Source of the DNA: Candidatus Micrarchaeota archaeon
Lineage (GTDB): Archaea > Micrarchaeota > Micrarchaeia > Micrarchaeales > Micrarchaeaceae
DNA: 26,192 nt
Direction of reading: 5' to 3'
NCBI GenBank assembly: GCA_027345565.1
Contig: DAHWIF010000006.1
Location: 1-26,192 of the forward strand
Shown piece by piece: positions 9,083-18,127 of this stretch. The notes beneath the pieces are model-generated. The model saw only the letters and a list, made by a program, of their open reading frames with translations. It made no database searches and was not told where the DNA came from. Numbering within the stretch: position 1 is the first letter of the stretch; every line of letters begins with the position of its first letter. The position numbers were made by a program, and so were the translations under genes.

Positions 9083-9410
9083 TTTATCACCGATTAACCA
9101 TCATACTAAAATCACAGCGCATTTGCCCTTTTGGCCTCTTCCTCGTATTTTTGTATCGCAAACTCGAGCTCCCGCGCCGCTAACCCCGCCAAGATAAATC
9201 ATACCTATACCGGCTACACCGCTGGCCCCGTCAGGTATCTTATCTTTTGGTCGTTCTCTTACTGCTGTTTCTGCCACATTATCACAATATCTGTAATAAT
9301 TGTCCTGATATTTAATGCTTTGTATTTTTATATAGAAAGTATTAAAAAGCTTTCTCTATAACTGTAGTTAAATGGATGGCTATCCTAGATGGTAAAGATG
9401 TAAATCTCCT

Positions 9411-10379
9411 CTATCTGAGGACTGGCTGAGCCAGAACTAGGGCATAATTGTTCTCGTAGGAGGTCGTGAGCATCTCTATCCTGTAGCCCGCCTCTGACAG
9501 CAGGCCGACCAGTCTTGCAGGCGTGAACTTCACGCTGCGGAAGAGCATTATCCTCTCGCCCTTCTTCAGAATTAGCTGCCTGCCTGCAATCTTCAATTTG
9601 ATGTCCTTGTCCGGTGTGAAATATCCCTCCACCCGGCTTAGCTTCTGGTTGAAGCTGCTTCTGTATTCGCCGTCTATCCTCCTGGCGCCAAAGTACTCGA
9701 GTGCGGTAAACGTCAGGTCAAATGCGGCCTGCGCAGCATAGTACTCCCTTATCACCTTACCTAGCTCCTTGGGGTTGAAAAGCTCCACCCCGAGAAGGAA
9801 ATAATCGTTCTCTGCCATCGATTTCCTTATGTTGACCATGACCTGGTGCATGTCTACCATGTTCCCGAGGGTCGACCCCAGGAACATGAAAAGGTTGCCA
9901 TATCCGGCGCGCCTCAGCCCTTTTGTGATATGCGCAAAGCCGCCGGATTCGATATCGAAGAGGTTGTGCTCGCCATACACCTTGAAGCCCTCCTTTATGT
10001 TCTTCGACGCAGCGTGCAGCATATCTGGGCTTATGTCAATGGCATTGTACCTGAGGCCTGCCCTCGGCTTGCTGTACTGGAGATATTGGAATATCGGGTA
10101 TGCGGGCGAGCCGTCCCCGACGCCTATGTCTATGATGTTGAAGTTCCTGTAGCCGTATGCAGACAGCGAATCGAAGAATGTGCCGACCTTCTGCAGTACA
10201 AGTATGTTCTCAAGTACATGGATCTCTTTTGCTCCTGTTTGCGCCTTAGCTCTCGCTACATAGTTGAACCAGCGGGCTACCCCCTTGCCAAAATAGCTGT
10301 ACTTTACCGGGCTATAATGCAGCTTCTGCAGCGAATACGCAATCTCCTTCTCCTGCTCAGGTGAATATATCCCCGCCAT
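9411..10379 (-). CDS. EgtD-like (Methyltransf_33) SAM-dependent methyltransferase
   Basis: PVKYSY...G, IDIGVGDG, YNAIDISPDML, FLGSTLGN, FLLGVE, GERI....SVKFT. Probable start MAGIY at 10379. Confidence 0.85.
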   Translation of the reverse strand: MAGIYSPEQEKEIAYSLQKLHYSPVKYSYFGKGVARWFNYVARAKAQTGAKEIHVLENILVLQKVGTFFDSLSAYGYRNFNIIDIGVGDGSPAYPIFQYLQYSKPRAGLRYNAIDISPDMLHAASKNIKEGFKVYGEHNLFDIESGGFAHITKGLRRAGYGNLFMFLGSTLGNMVDMHQVMVNIRKSMAENDYFLLGVELFNPKELGKVIREYYAAQAAFDLTFTALEYFGARRIDGEYRSSFNQKLSRVEGYFTPDKDIKLKIAGRQLILKKGERIMLFRSVKFTPARLVGLLSEAGYRIEMLTTSYENNYALVLAQPVLR

Positions 10380-10440
10380 GTGGAGAGATAGGCAATACAA
10401 AGTATTTAATCTCTTTGAGAGATACTCTGCCTGTGATTCC

Positions 10441-11079
10441 CTGATATTCACTATAACCAGCACGCTGATATCGATCTTCACCTCATCTTATGCCACGATA
10501 TCGGCGCTCATGGCCAAGTTCGGATACCTCGCGATATTCGGGCTGATGCTCCTTGAGGGATCCTCCCTCCCTGTGCCGAGCGAGGTTGTGCTGCCTCTTG
10601 CAGGGCTATTCGCCCAGAAGGGGCTGCTTGACGTGTACATCGCCTTCTTCGCTGCTCTGTTCGGCAGCATAGGCGGCCTCGCAATAGATTATTACATAGG
10701 CTACTTCCTGGGCAAGGAGGTCGTCTACAAGCACCTACGGCTATTCCACATCAGGCAGGAGTCCCTGGACAATTTCGACAGATGGTTCGCGAGGAACGGC
10801 ACCGCCGCCGTGTTCATATCCCGGCTCATACCTGTAGTAAGGACCTTCATGAGCTTCCCTGCTGGCTTCGCTCGTATGAACGCCAAGAGGTTCTTCTCAT
10901 ATTCCATAATAGGCACCGCCATATGGGACGCCGTGCTCCTAGCCTTCGGCTATTACTTCCTTTCGGCGAGCAGCGCGGTGTACGTGCTGACCTCCATAGG
11001 GGTATTCGCTATCATAGTCTATCTCCTGTACCACGTCTTCACAAGGCGGATAGGGCGCCGCAACCTCTCTAGCCAATGA
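10441..11079 (+). CDS. DedA family membrane protein (start uncertain)
   Basis: LEGSSLPVPSEVVLPLAG, SRLIPVVRTFMSFPAG. Confidence 0.9.
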   Translation: MIFTITSTLISIFTSSYATISALMAKFGYLAIFGLMLLEGSSLPVPSEVVLPLAGLFAQKGLLDVYIAFFAALFGSIGGLAIDYYIGYFLGKEVVYKHLRLFHIRQESLDNFDRWFARNGTAAVFISRLIPVVRTFMSFPAGFARMNAKRFFSYSIIGTAIWDAVLLAFGYYFLSASSAVYVLTSIGVFAIIVYLLYHVFTRRIGRRNLSSQ

Positions 11080-11092
11080 CGCGGCAGACAAA

Positions 11093-12313
11093 TCACAATA
11101 CATCTGTATTTATCTTCCTGTCCTGCACTGCCTGCTTTTCCTTAGTGAGTTTTGTTACCAAGTCGATAGCGGTAACAAACTCTATTGTGCACCTCCCCCG
11201 CCTTATCTTAGAATGCCGCCCCTCCCTGAATACAACGAAGCCTTTCTTAGGCCTGTATGAGTTTATGAACGATAGCATGCTCCTCTCAAGATGGCTGCCC
11301 ACAACCTTGAGCTTGACCTCGATTGGTATCACTTCGCCCCCCATTTGGATTATGAAATCAACCTCCGCCTTTCCCTTGGATTGCCAGAACTTGACCTCCA
11401 TCCCTGCTTTCAGCAGCTCGGTGAATACATAATTTTCAAATAGTTTGCCTGCGCTTTCTGCACCCATGCTAAAATCGTTTGCTACCGCATTCCTCAGCCC
11501 CGTATCCAAGAAATAGATTTTCGGCTGCTTTACAAGCTCCTTTAGTCTATTCCTGTAAAATGGTGTAACCTTCGCTATTATGTAGCTTTTCTCCATAGCG
11601 TTAAGGTATCTTTTGACCGACTGAAACGATAACCCAAGTTCACGACACATGCTGTTATACGCAATCATGCCTCCGATCGAATGCGACAGATATGCAGCCA
11701 TCTTCTCAAGTGCGTCAATGTCCCCTATTGCGAATGTTCTCGCCACATCCTTCAGGATCATCGTTTCATAGAGGTCCCTGAGCAGGGCCTCTTTATTCTG
11801 CGTGTCATCCTCCAAGACAACCTTGGGGTAACCTCCATATCTCATATGTTCGTCCGTGGCCCTGTCAATTATCCTGTCTGTTGTGTGTTTATACCCCTTG
11901 GCGGTAAGGAACTCCCTGATGGAAAACGGGTATAGCTTTATGATTGCCACCCTCCCGACCAGCCAGCCCAGCACATTCTTGTTTAAGGCACTTTGCGAAG
12001 ATGAAGTTACCCATAGCCGTTTGCCGCTATCTGCGAGATACTTAAGTTTTCTGCCGGGATCTTTACCGTATTGAATCTCATCTAATATGGCCGGTTTATT
12101 TCCTTTAAGGTACTGGTCTTCAAATTTTTTTACATCCGCATCGAAAATCTCCCTCACGTCCGGGTCGTCGAACAGGATGTAAGAAGCAGCTCCGCCCGAT
12201 TGCTCCTTTAGGAAGGTGGTCTTCCCGGACTGGCGTGGTCCTACAACGGCAACAATGCTATTCGACTTCGCTGCTGATATGAATCTGCCCCTTATGGAAC
12301 GCTCTATGTACAT
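11093..12313 (-). CDS. AAA+ ATPase (AAA_14) with DUF4143 / PD-(D/E)xK C-terminus
   Basis: GPRQSGKT, LDEIQ, YGGYP, PKIYFLDTGLRN, EVDFI...IPIEVK. Start MYIER at 12313 (alternative 12337). Confidence 0.92.
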   Translation of the reverse strand: MYIERSIRGRFISAAKSNSIVAVVGPRQSGKTTFLKEQSGGAASYILFDDPDVREIFDADVKKFEDQYLKGNKPAILDEIQYGKDPGRKLKYLADSGKRLWVTSSSQSALNKNVLGWLVGRVAIIKLYPFSIREFLTAKGYKHTTDRIIDRATDEHMRYGGYPKVVLEDDTQNKEALLRDLYETMILKDVARTFAIGDIDALEKMAAYLSHSIGGMIAYNSMCRELGLSFQSVKRYLNAMEKSYIIAKVTPFYRNRLKELVKQPKIYFLDTGLRNAVANDFSMGAESAGKLFENYVFTELLKAGMEVKFWQSKGKAEVDFIIQMGGEVIPIEVKLKVVGSHLERSMLSFINSYRPKKGFVVFREGRHSKIRRGRCTIEFVTAIDLVTKLTKEKQAVQDRKINTDVL

Positions 12314-12543
12314 ACGCTTATTATTGAGAGTGCTCATTTAAATATTTTTCTACTATAATTGAATCATAGTTAAACTTTAGTGGAACTAAAATTGAACTAC
12401 TGTTAAATTTTGAATTTCCAAATCTCAATGGCATTAAGCGAGGCAATCAAACTTATTTATAGATATGTGGCTCAATATATCGCAGTGATGATCGAGGTAA
12501 TCTCTGAGCCTTTCGCTGTGAAGATAGGTAGGCGGGCTGAAAA

Positions 12544-13422
12544 ATGAACGCACTCTCTCGTCTAAAGAAGTCAAGCATACGCGCATCGGACATAGCTTCG
12601 CAGTACTGGTGCGAGAAGCAGATGGAGCTAAATTACCTGTACGGGCAGAAGATAACCAGGGAGATAAGGAAGGGGCGAAGGATACACGGAGACCTGGAGA
12701 ATGAGACGAACGTGCCCATAGTGCTGATGCCCGTCTCGTATGCGGACTTCATGTACAAGAGCATGTACACGAGCTATATGGCGCTCAAGACGCTGTACGA
12801 AAAGAAAAGGACGAGGGAGGTCCAGGTCTATGGCTCTCTGAACGGCTTCAAGCTCGTCGGGAAGATAGACCAGCTCGAGTCCAAGGACGGCGAGATAGTT
12901 GTCCAGGAGGACAAGACGAGGGGCAACGACAACATACCGTCGGATGCGCAGATGCTGACCCACAAGGTGCAGGTGATGCTGTACAGGAAGATGCTGGAGG
13001 ACATGAAGGAGGAGAGGTACACAAGGAAGCAGTTCGAGGAGTCGTACAGGACATCCACCATGACGATAACAGGCGAGTTCACGAGGCAGCTCGAGAGCCT
13101 CGGAGCGGAGAGGGAGCTGATGAGCGTAAGCGCCATCAGCGACGCGTTTTTCGAGAGCGTAAGGAAGCTCGGCAGGATAAGCGACACCCTCTATCTAAGG
13201 TATATAAACCAGTTCACCGGCAATGTAATCAAGCTTCACAAGCTGAAGTACAGCGGCGAGGAGATGGCCCAGATGATAGGCTTTGTCATGCAGTACTGGA
13301 ACGGCGATCGCGAGGCGCTGCCGGTACCAGAAGAGGAAAAGTGGAAGTGCAACTTCTGCGCCTTCTTCGGCAAGCAGTGCAAGGTCTGGTGGGCTCAGAA
13401 GAAGCTTGGCGACAGCGAGTAA
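12544..13422 (+). CDS. Exonuclease V (Exo5)/Cas4-like Fe-S PD-(D/E)xK nuclease
   Basis: QYWCEKQ, GKIDQL, EDKTR, QVMLY, C-terminal CNFCAFFGKQC. Confidence 0.85.
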   Translation: MNALSRLKKSSIRASDIASQYWCEKQMELNYLYGQKITREIRKGRRIHGDLENETNVPIVLMPVSYADFMYKSMYTSYMALKTLYEKKRTREVQVYGSLNGFKLVGKIDQLESKDGEIVVQEDKTRGNDNIPSDAQMLTHKVQVMLYRKMLEDMKEERYTRKQFEESYRTSTMTITGEFTRQLESLGAERELMSVSAISDAFFESVRKLGRISDTLYLRYINQFTGNVIKLHKLKYSGEEMAQMIGFVMQYWNGDREALPVPEEEKWKCNFCAFFGKQCKVWWAQKKLGDSE

Positions 13423-13445
13423 GCCGATATCTATAAGGTGCGATA

Positions 13446-15239
13446 ATGATTTCAAGCGCGGAGCTCAAGAAGCGGTACCTTGATTTCTTCCAGAAGAAGG
13501 GGCACAGGCTCATCCCAAACGCCTCGCTCATCCCCGAGCACGACCCCAGCGTGCTTTTCACTACAGCCGGGATGCACCCGCTCGTCCCGTTCCTGCTCGG
13601 TGAGCCGCACCCCCTTGGAAAACGCCTCTGCAGCGTGCAGAGATGCATACGCACCGGTGACATAGATGATGTTGGCGACGCATGGCACCTGAGCTTCTTC
13701 GAGATGCTCGGGAACTGGTCGTTGGGCGATTACTTCAAAGAGGAGGCCATATCGATGAGCTTCGAGTTCCTCACCAAGGAGCTCAATATACCGATAGACA
13801 GGTTCAGCGTCACATGCTTCGCCGGCGATGATGATGCACCGCGGGATGAGGAATCCGCAGGCACCTGGGCGAAGCTGGGAGTGGCGAAGAGCAGGATACA
13901 TTTCCTGCCAAAGAAGGATAACTGGTGGGGACCGGCCGGGCAGACAGGCCCGTGCGGCCCTGACACCGAGATGTTCTACCACACGGAAGAGATCCAGGAA
14001 AAGAGCACAGGCGAGTTCACGAGGCTTTCCAGCAGCGGCCCGTTCTGCGAGATATGGAACGATGTCCTTATGCAGTACGACAAGACCGCAGATGGGAGGT
14101 TCGAGGAGCTGAAGCAGAAGAACGTCGATACAGGGATGGGCGTCGAAAGGACCGTCGCAGTGCTAAACGGAGCGGACAATGCGTACGAGTGCGATACCCT
14201 GAAGCCCATACTTGATAGGGTCGTATCGATCGCTGCCAAGGGCACCGAGAAAACGAACCGCAACGCGCGCATAATAACCGACCATATCAGGGCAGCAGTG
14301 ATGATCCTTGGGGATGGGAAAGGCGTCGTCCCTAGCAACGTAGACCAGGGATACGTGCTCCGCAGGTTCATAAGGAGGAGCATAAGGCACGCGAGGCTGA
14401 TAGGCATAAAGGGCGAATTCTGCAACGAGATAGCGAAGGTCGCAATCGACGTGATGGGGGATTCATACCCAGAGATAAGGGAGAACAGCCAGCGCATATT
14501 CGAAGAGCTAGAGCGTGAGGAAGAGAAGTTCTCAGATGCGTTGGAGAACGGCACCAGGCTACTCGAGAGGAAGCTGCAGCTCCTGGTTGGGGAGGGCAAG
14601 GGGATGCTTGACGCGAAAAGCGCCTTCGACCTCTTCCAGAGCTTCGGCTTCCCGATAGAGATTACTGTAGAGATGTGCAAAGAGAAAGGGTTCTCCGTAG
14701 ACGAGCAGGGATTCAACTCGCTTATGAAGGAGCACCAAGAGATATCGCGCAAAGGTGCGGAGCAGAGATTCAAGGGAGGCCTGGCCGATAACAGCGAAGA
14801 GACCACGAAGCTACATACGGCTACGCACCTGCTCAACGAGGCGCTAAGGCAGGTCGTCGACCCGACAATACACCAGATGGGATCTAACATCACAAAGGAG
14901 AGGCTCAGGTTCGATTTCAATTACGACAAGAAGCTAACCGATGAGCAGGTCAAAAAGGTAGAGGATTGGGTGAACGATGTGATAAAGGCGGAAGCGGATG
15001 TCTCTTTTGAAATGATGAGCATAGATGATGCAAAGAGACTGGGAGCGCAGGGCGTGTTCGAGGCCAGGTACGAGAAGGTGGTGAAGGTATACACCATATC
15101 GAAAGGGGGGAAGGTCTACTCGAGGGAGATATGCGGCGGCCCGCACGTCAAGAACACGCGGGAGCTCAAGCGTTTCAGGATAACGAAGCAGGAGTCGGTA
15201 GCCGCAGGCGTGAGAAGGATAAAAGCGGTCGTTGGGTGA
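13446..15239 (+). CDS. alaS: Alanine--tRNA ligase, short form without C-Ala domain
   Basis: LFTTAGMHPL, FFEMLGNWS, DTGMGVER, DHIR, GYVLRR; editing domain HTATH and EICGGPH; ends at AAGVRRIKAV. Confidence 0.97.
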   Translation: MISSAELKKRYLDFFQKKGHRLIPNASLIPEHDPSVLFTTAGMHPLVPFLLGEPHPLGKRLCSVQRCIRTGDIDDVGDAWHLSFFEMLGNWSLGDYFKEEAISMSFEFLTKELNIPIDRFSVTCFAGDDDAPRDEESAGTWAKLGVAKSRIHFLPKKDNWWGPAGQTGPCGPDTEMFYHTEEIQEKSTGEFTRLSSSGPFCEIWNDVLMQYDKTADGRFEELKQKNVDTGMGVERTVAVLNGADNAYECDTLKPILDRVVSIAAKGTEKTNRNARIITDHIRAAVMILGDGKGVVPSNVDQGYVLRRFIRRSIRHARLIGIKGEFCNEIAKVAIDVMGDSYPEIRENSQRIFEELEREEEKFSDALENGTRLLERKLQLLVGEGKGMLDAKSAFDLFQSFGFPIEITVEMCKEKGFSVDEQGFNSLMKEHQEISRKGAEQRFKGGLADNSEETTKLHTATHLLNEALRQVVDPTIHQMGSNITKERLRFDFNYDKKLTDEQVKKVEDWVNDVIKAEADVSFEMMSIDDAKRLGAQGVFEARYEKVVKVYTISKGGKVYSREICGGPHVKNTRELKRFRITKQESVAAGVRRIKAVVG

Positions 15240-15321
15240 ATCAACTCTTTATGCATGCGCACCCAAGCCACTATTCCAATTTTACCAAAAACCTATAAAT
15301 CTTTTTCATGAAGATAATAAC

Positions 15322-16338
15322 GTGGTAGAGATAAGCGGCCTTTCAAGGCAGATGCTCAGGGAGCTGTGCACCGATTCCAGGGCGACGATAACAGAGCTGT
15401 CAGGAAAGCTGCGGATAACGCGCCACATAGCGAAGAAGCGCATAGAGAGCCTTGAGCGCGACCTCGGGTTGAAGTACGCGCTAGACCTGAACTACAACGC
15501 GCTCGGTTTCACGAAGATGCATCTTTACTATCTGAAGTTCTCCAAAAAGCCCGATCAGAGTGCCATAGAGGAATTCATGAGCAAGAGCGACATGGTCCAG
15601 CTCGCCATGATGACGAAAGGGGATTTCGACGTCGTAATGTTCGTGCTCGCAAGCAACGAGGAGGAATATGCCAAGTGGCACCTCTCCATAGCCCTGGACC
15701 TGGCGAAATATGGGGTGTCCTTCAGCAAGTCTGACATAGACATAATCCATCACGGGTTCGTGCCCCTCACGGACAAGATGATCGAATTGTCATCAGTAGA
15801 TGAAATATACAAGCGCCTTCTCGTAGAGCTTAATAGGGATTCAAGGGCGAGCATATCCAGCATCGCAAAGCGCCTGAACCTTGGCAACACGATGGTCAGC
15901 TACTACATGAAGAAGATGGTGGACGACGGCATAATACGCAGGTTCACCACCGTAATCACGAACCCCCACGAGTGCTTCAACGTTCTTTTCTTCGTGAGGT
16001 ACACGTACCGCGAGGGGCATGTCTCAAGGATCTACGACAAGAGAAGATTGGTCTACTTTAAAAAGGAAGCCGAGATACCAATGTACAATAGCTACCAGAT
16101 GGTCCTTTCGATAAGCGGGGGCGAGGAAGACTTTGCATGGGCCAGCGCCCCAACGGCAGATGAGGCGGACGAGCTTGTCGAAACCCACAGGAGGATATTC
16201 AGGAAGGACACCCCGGAAATCAGGAAAGGCACGGTTGTCAAGGTGCTCAAGGGCTTCATGCCCATAAGGAGCGTTGACATAAAAGCGGGATACCAGAAGA
16301 CGCAGTGGGGCCCCGGCGAGAACTACACCGGGGATTGA
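15322..16338 (+). CDS. Tandem Lrp/AsnC-type transcriptional regulator
   Basis: Two HTH units (ELCTDSRATITELS; ELNRDSRASISSIA), each followed by a RAM-like segment. GTG at 15322 lies downstream of a TATAAA box. Confidence 0.85.
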   Translation: MVEISGLSRQMLRELCTDSRATITELSGKLRITRHIAKKRIESLERDLGLKYALDLNYNALGFTKMHLYYLKFSKKPDQSAIEEFMSKSDMVQLAMMTKGDFDVVMFVLASNEEEYAKWHLSIALDLAKYGVSFSKSDIDIIHHGFVPLTDKMIELSSVDEIYKRLLVELNRDSRASISSIAKRLNLGNTMVSYYMKKMVDDGIIRRFTTVITNPHECFNVLFFVRYTYREGHVSRIYDKRRLVYFKKEAEIPMYNSYQMVLSISGGEEDFAWASAPTADEADELVETHRRIFRKDTPEIRKGTVVKVLKGFMPIRSVDIKAGYQKTQWGPGENYTGD

Positions 16339-17609
16339 GCCTTCGGGGCTCCGGCCGCGCTGTTTAATTCCGCGAACCTGTCGCTTACCATCTCTGGATC
16401 GCCGCTGCCCATTATGAGAATATCGCCCTCCTTGACGCTCATTATCTCCTTTATGAACTCCAGCTCGCTCTGCGACGCTACGGTGTGATACCTGTCCGTG
16501 AAGATCACGCAGTTATCAGAGCTCATGCTATCCACTAGCTCCTTCGATACAGCATCTGATCCGCCATTCCCTCTTATCTGGAAGGCCAGCACCCTGCCGT
16601 TTCCCATCATTGTCTTGTATATGCTTGGGTTCTGCGTGCGTATGAAGGCGCTAGTCACGTCATATATCGGCACCGGCCTCTCGCGCTTCGTCCTTTTCTT
16701 AGAGACCACGAAGTTCCCCCTGATCGCAGGCGCAAAGCGCTGTATCAGTACCCCGGCAACAACGGTTCCTGCTATCACGATGTAGTATGGCCTTATAGGC
16801 TCCCCGAGCACAGGCACCGATAGGAGCATGGTTATGAATGCCGCGGCTATGAACGATGTGCTTGCGAGCGAGGTCTTGACGATCCTTAGGGCCTCATAGA
16901 AGATGTAGGCGAAGACCGCCTGGGTGAGTACCCCCAAGAAGAGTATGGCGAATACGACATTAATGGTGAAGGCAGGGAGCTGCCACGCCCCGGCATAGAG
17001 CGCCAGCGGGGCGATCACGATCAGGGAGACGAGGTTGAATACGAATATCGAGCTCGTGAGCTCGTAGTTGTAGCGCTTCGTTATAGCGGTGGAGAATGCG
17101 TCTATGAAGGCCGCAAGCAGCAGGACCGCTACGAATGGGAGCTCAACAAGCGGTATGCTTATGGAAGTGCCTCCAATGAGCGTCACGCCCAGGCCAAGGA
17201 AGCCTACGATCACGCCTATTATATCCCATGTCCTAATGCGCTCGCGTATCACTGCCGGCGCAAGGAGTATCAGGATTATCGGCCATGTCCTGAATATGAC
17301 CGCGGCAAGGTCGGCGCTCACGTAGTGCGTTGCGAAGCTTATGCCCAGAGGCTCGAGCGCGAAGGCAAGGACTCCTACCGTGATGAGCACCACAAACTGG
17401 TTCCTGCTGCTGAGCATGCTCCTAAGGTGGCCAGCGCTCCCCTTGGCAAGCATCATTACGAAGGAGGTGATGGTGCCTACGATGGTTATGTAGAGCAGCA
17501 GCGTCAATACCGGTATGCTGCTGCCGAGCACGAACGCGATCGGCATGCTAGCCGCTATGAAAAGCGCGGCGATAAGCATAATGTAGCCGTAAAGCCTTAT
17601 CCTGTTCAT
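16323..17609 (-). CDS. EamA/DMT transporter with about 130-aa soluble C-terminal extension
   Basis: About 10 hydrophobic segments in two repeats (IRERI, LGEPI) followed by a hydrophilic tail. Start ATG 17609 or GTG 17618. Confidence 0.88.
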   Translation of the reverse strand: MNRIRLYGYIMLIAALFIAASMPIAFVLGSSIPVLTLLLYITIVGTITSFVMMLAKGSAGHLRSMLSSRNQFVVLITVGVLAFALEPLGISFATHYVSADLAAVIFRTWPIILILLAPAVIRERIRTWDIIGVIVGFLGLGVTLIGGTSISIPLVELPFVAVLLLAAFIDAFSTAITKRYNYELTSSIFVFNLVSLIVIAPLALYAGAWQLPAFTINVVFAILFLGVLTQAVFAYIFYEALRIVKTSLASTSFIAAAFITMLLSVPVLGEPIRPYYIVIAGTVVAGVLIQRFAPAIRGNFVVSKKRTKRERPVPIYDVTSAFIRTQNPSIYKTMMGNGRVLAFQIRGNGGSDAVSKELVDSMSSDNCVIFTDRYHTVASQSELEFIKEIMSVKEGDILIMGSGDPEMVSDRFAELNSAAGAPKAQSPV

Positions 17610-17837
17610 CAAGAACACTTTCTACCGCGCTCTTAAATGGCTTCCTAATTTTGAAAAATAATCAAAGGTTTATTGCGTTTTTGAAAAAGGGAGATTTGCA
17701 ATCCGGGACATGAGCTGATTGCAGGAGTCAGGTAAAACCTGGCTTCATCCTCTGCGGCGTTTTACAAAACCACAAAATCCATTGCCTTATTTGCCAAAAT
17801 TCGCAGCATATTTATAGGCGCAACGCCATAATGTCCA

Positions 17838-18017
17838 GTGGTGGGAGTACGGAATCTAGAAAGCGTTCCAAGCGGAATGCGGGAGCCTTACTCTAAACGC
17901 CCTGTTGCCTATAAGGATTCGTTCCTCTCTACCCAACAACCAGGAACGGCTCCACCAACAACGTACGGATAACCCTTAGATGGCTCTTATCTTCTTGTTC
18001 CGAACCCCACCAACCAC
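17838..18017 (+). ncRNA. Candidate ~180-nt multi-stem non-coding RNA, family unassigned
   Basis: TTTATA box at 17811. Stems GGUGGG/CCCACC, CGGAA/UUCCG, UCUAG/UUAGA, GCGUUCC/GGAAUGC, GGAGC/GCUCC, CCUUA/UAAGG, CGUUCCU/AGGAACG. Confidence 0.6.
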
Positions 18018-18127
18018 GCTACGCCTGATGGATTATCCGCTGCCTCTGCCGAGCCCAAGCGCATGGACCGAATAGAGCAACCTTTTTAATCTTTCTATAG
18101 CTTAATGCTCTGTTTGTAAGGGGGATC

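Noticed and set aside
9100-9280. Short minus-strand frame beginning MAETAVRERPKD downstream of a TATA box
   Set aside because: Under 60 codons with no recognisable similarity; at most a gene remnant.
10378-10510. Possible frameshift at the dedA start (GTG ATT CCC TGA is out of frame) or a 5' overlap with the methyltransferase gene
   Set aside because: The start cannot be resolved, and the in-frame ATG at 10510 gives an adequate DedA.
12338-13422. CRISPR-Cas locus suggested by the Cas4-like gene and nearby repeat
   Set aside because: Only two degenerate repeat copies 6 nt apart, with no spacers and no cas genes.
13976-14920. Long antisense ORFs (also 18136-18783, 19883-20638, 22374-23975, 4638-5255)
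   Set aside because: Shadow frames of well-supported genes on the opposite strand.
17882-17957. 76-nt GGAGCC...GGCUCCACCA segment as a tRNA or tmRNA
   Set aside because: It has the right length and a CCA end but no T-loop (TTCRA), D-arm or anticodon arm. Treated as part of the larger candidate RNA.
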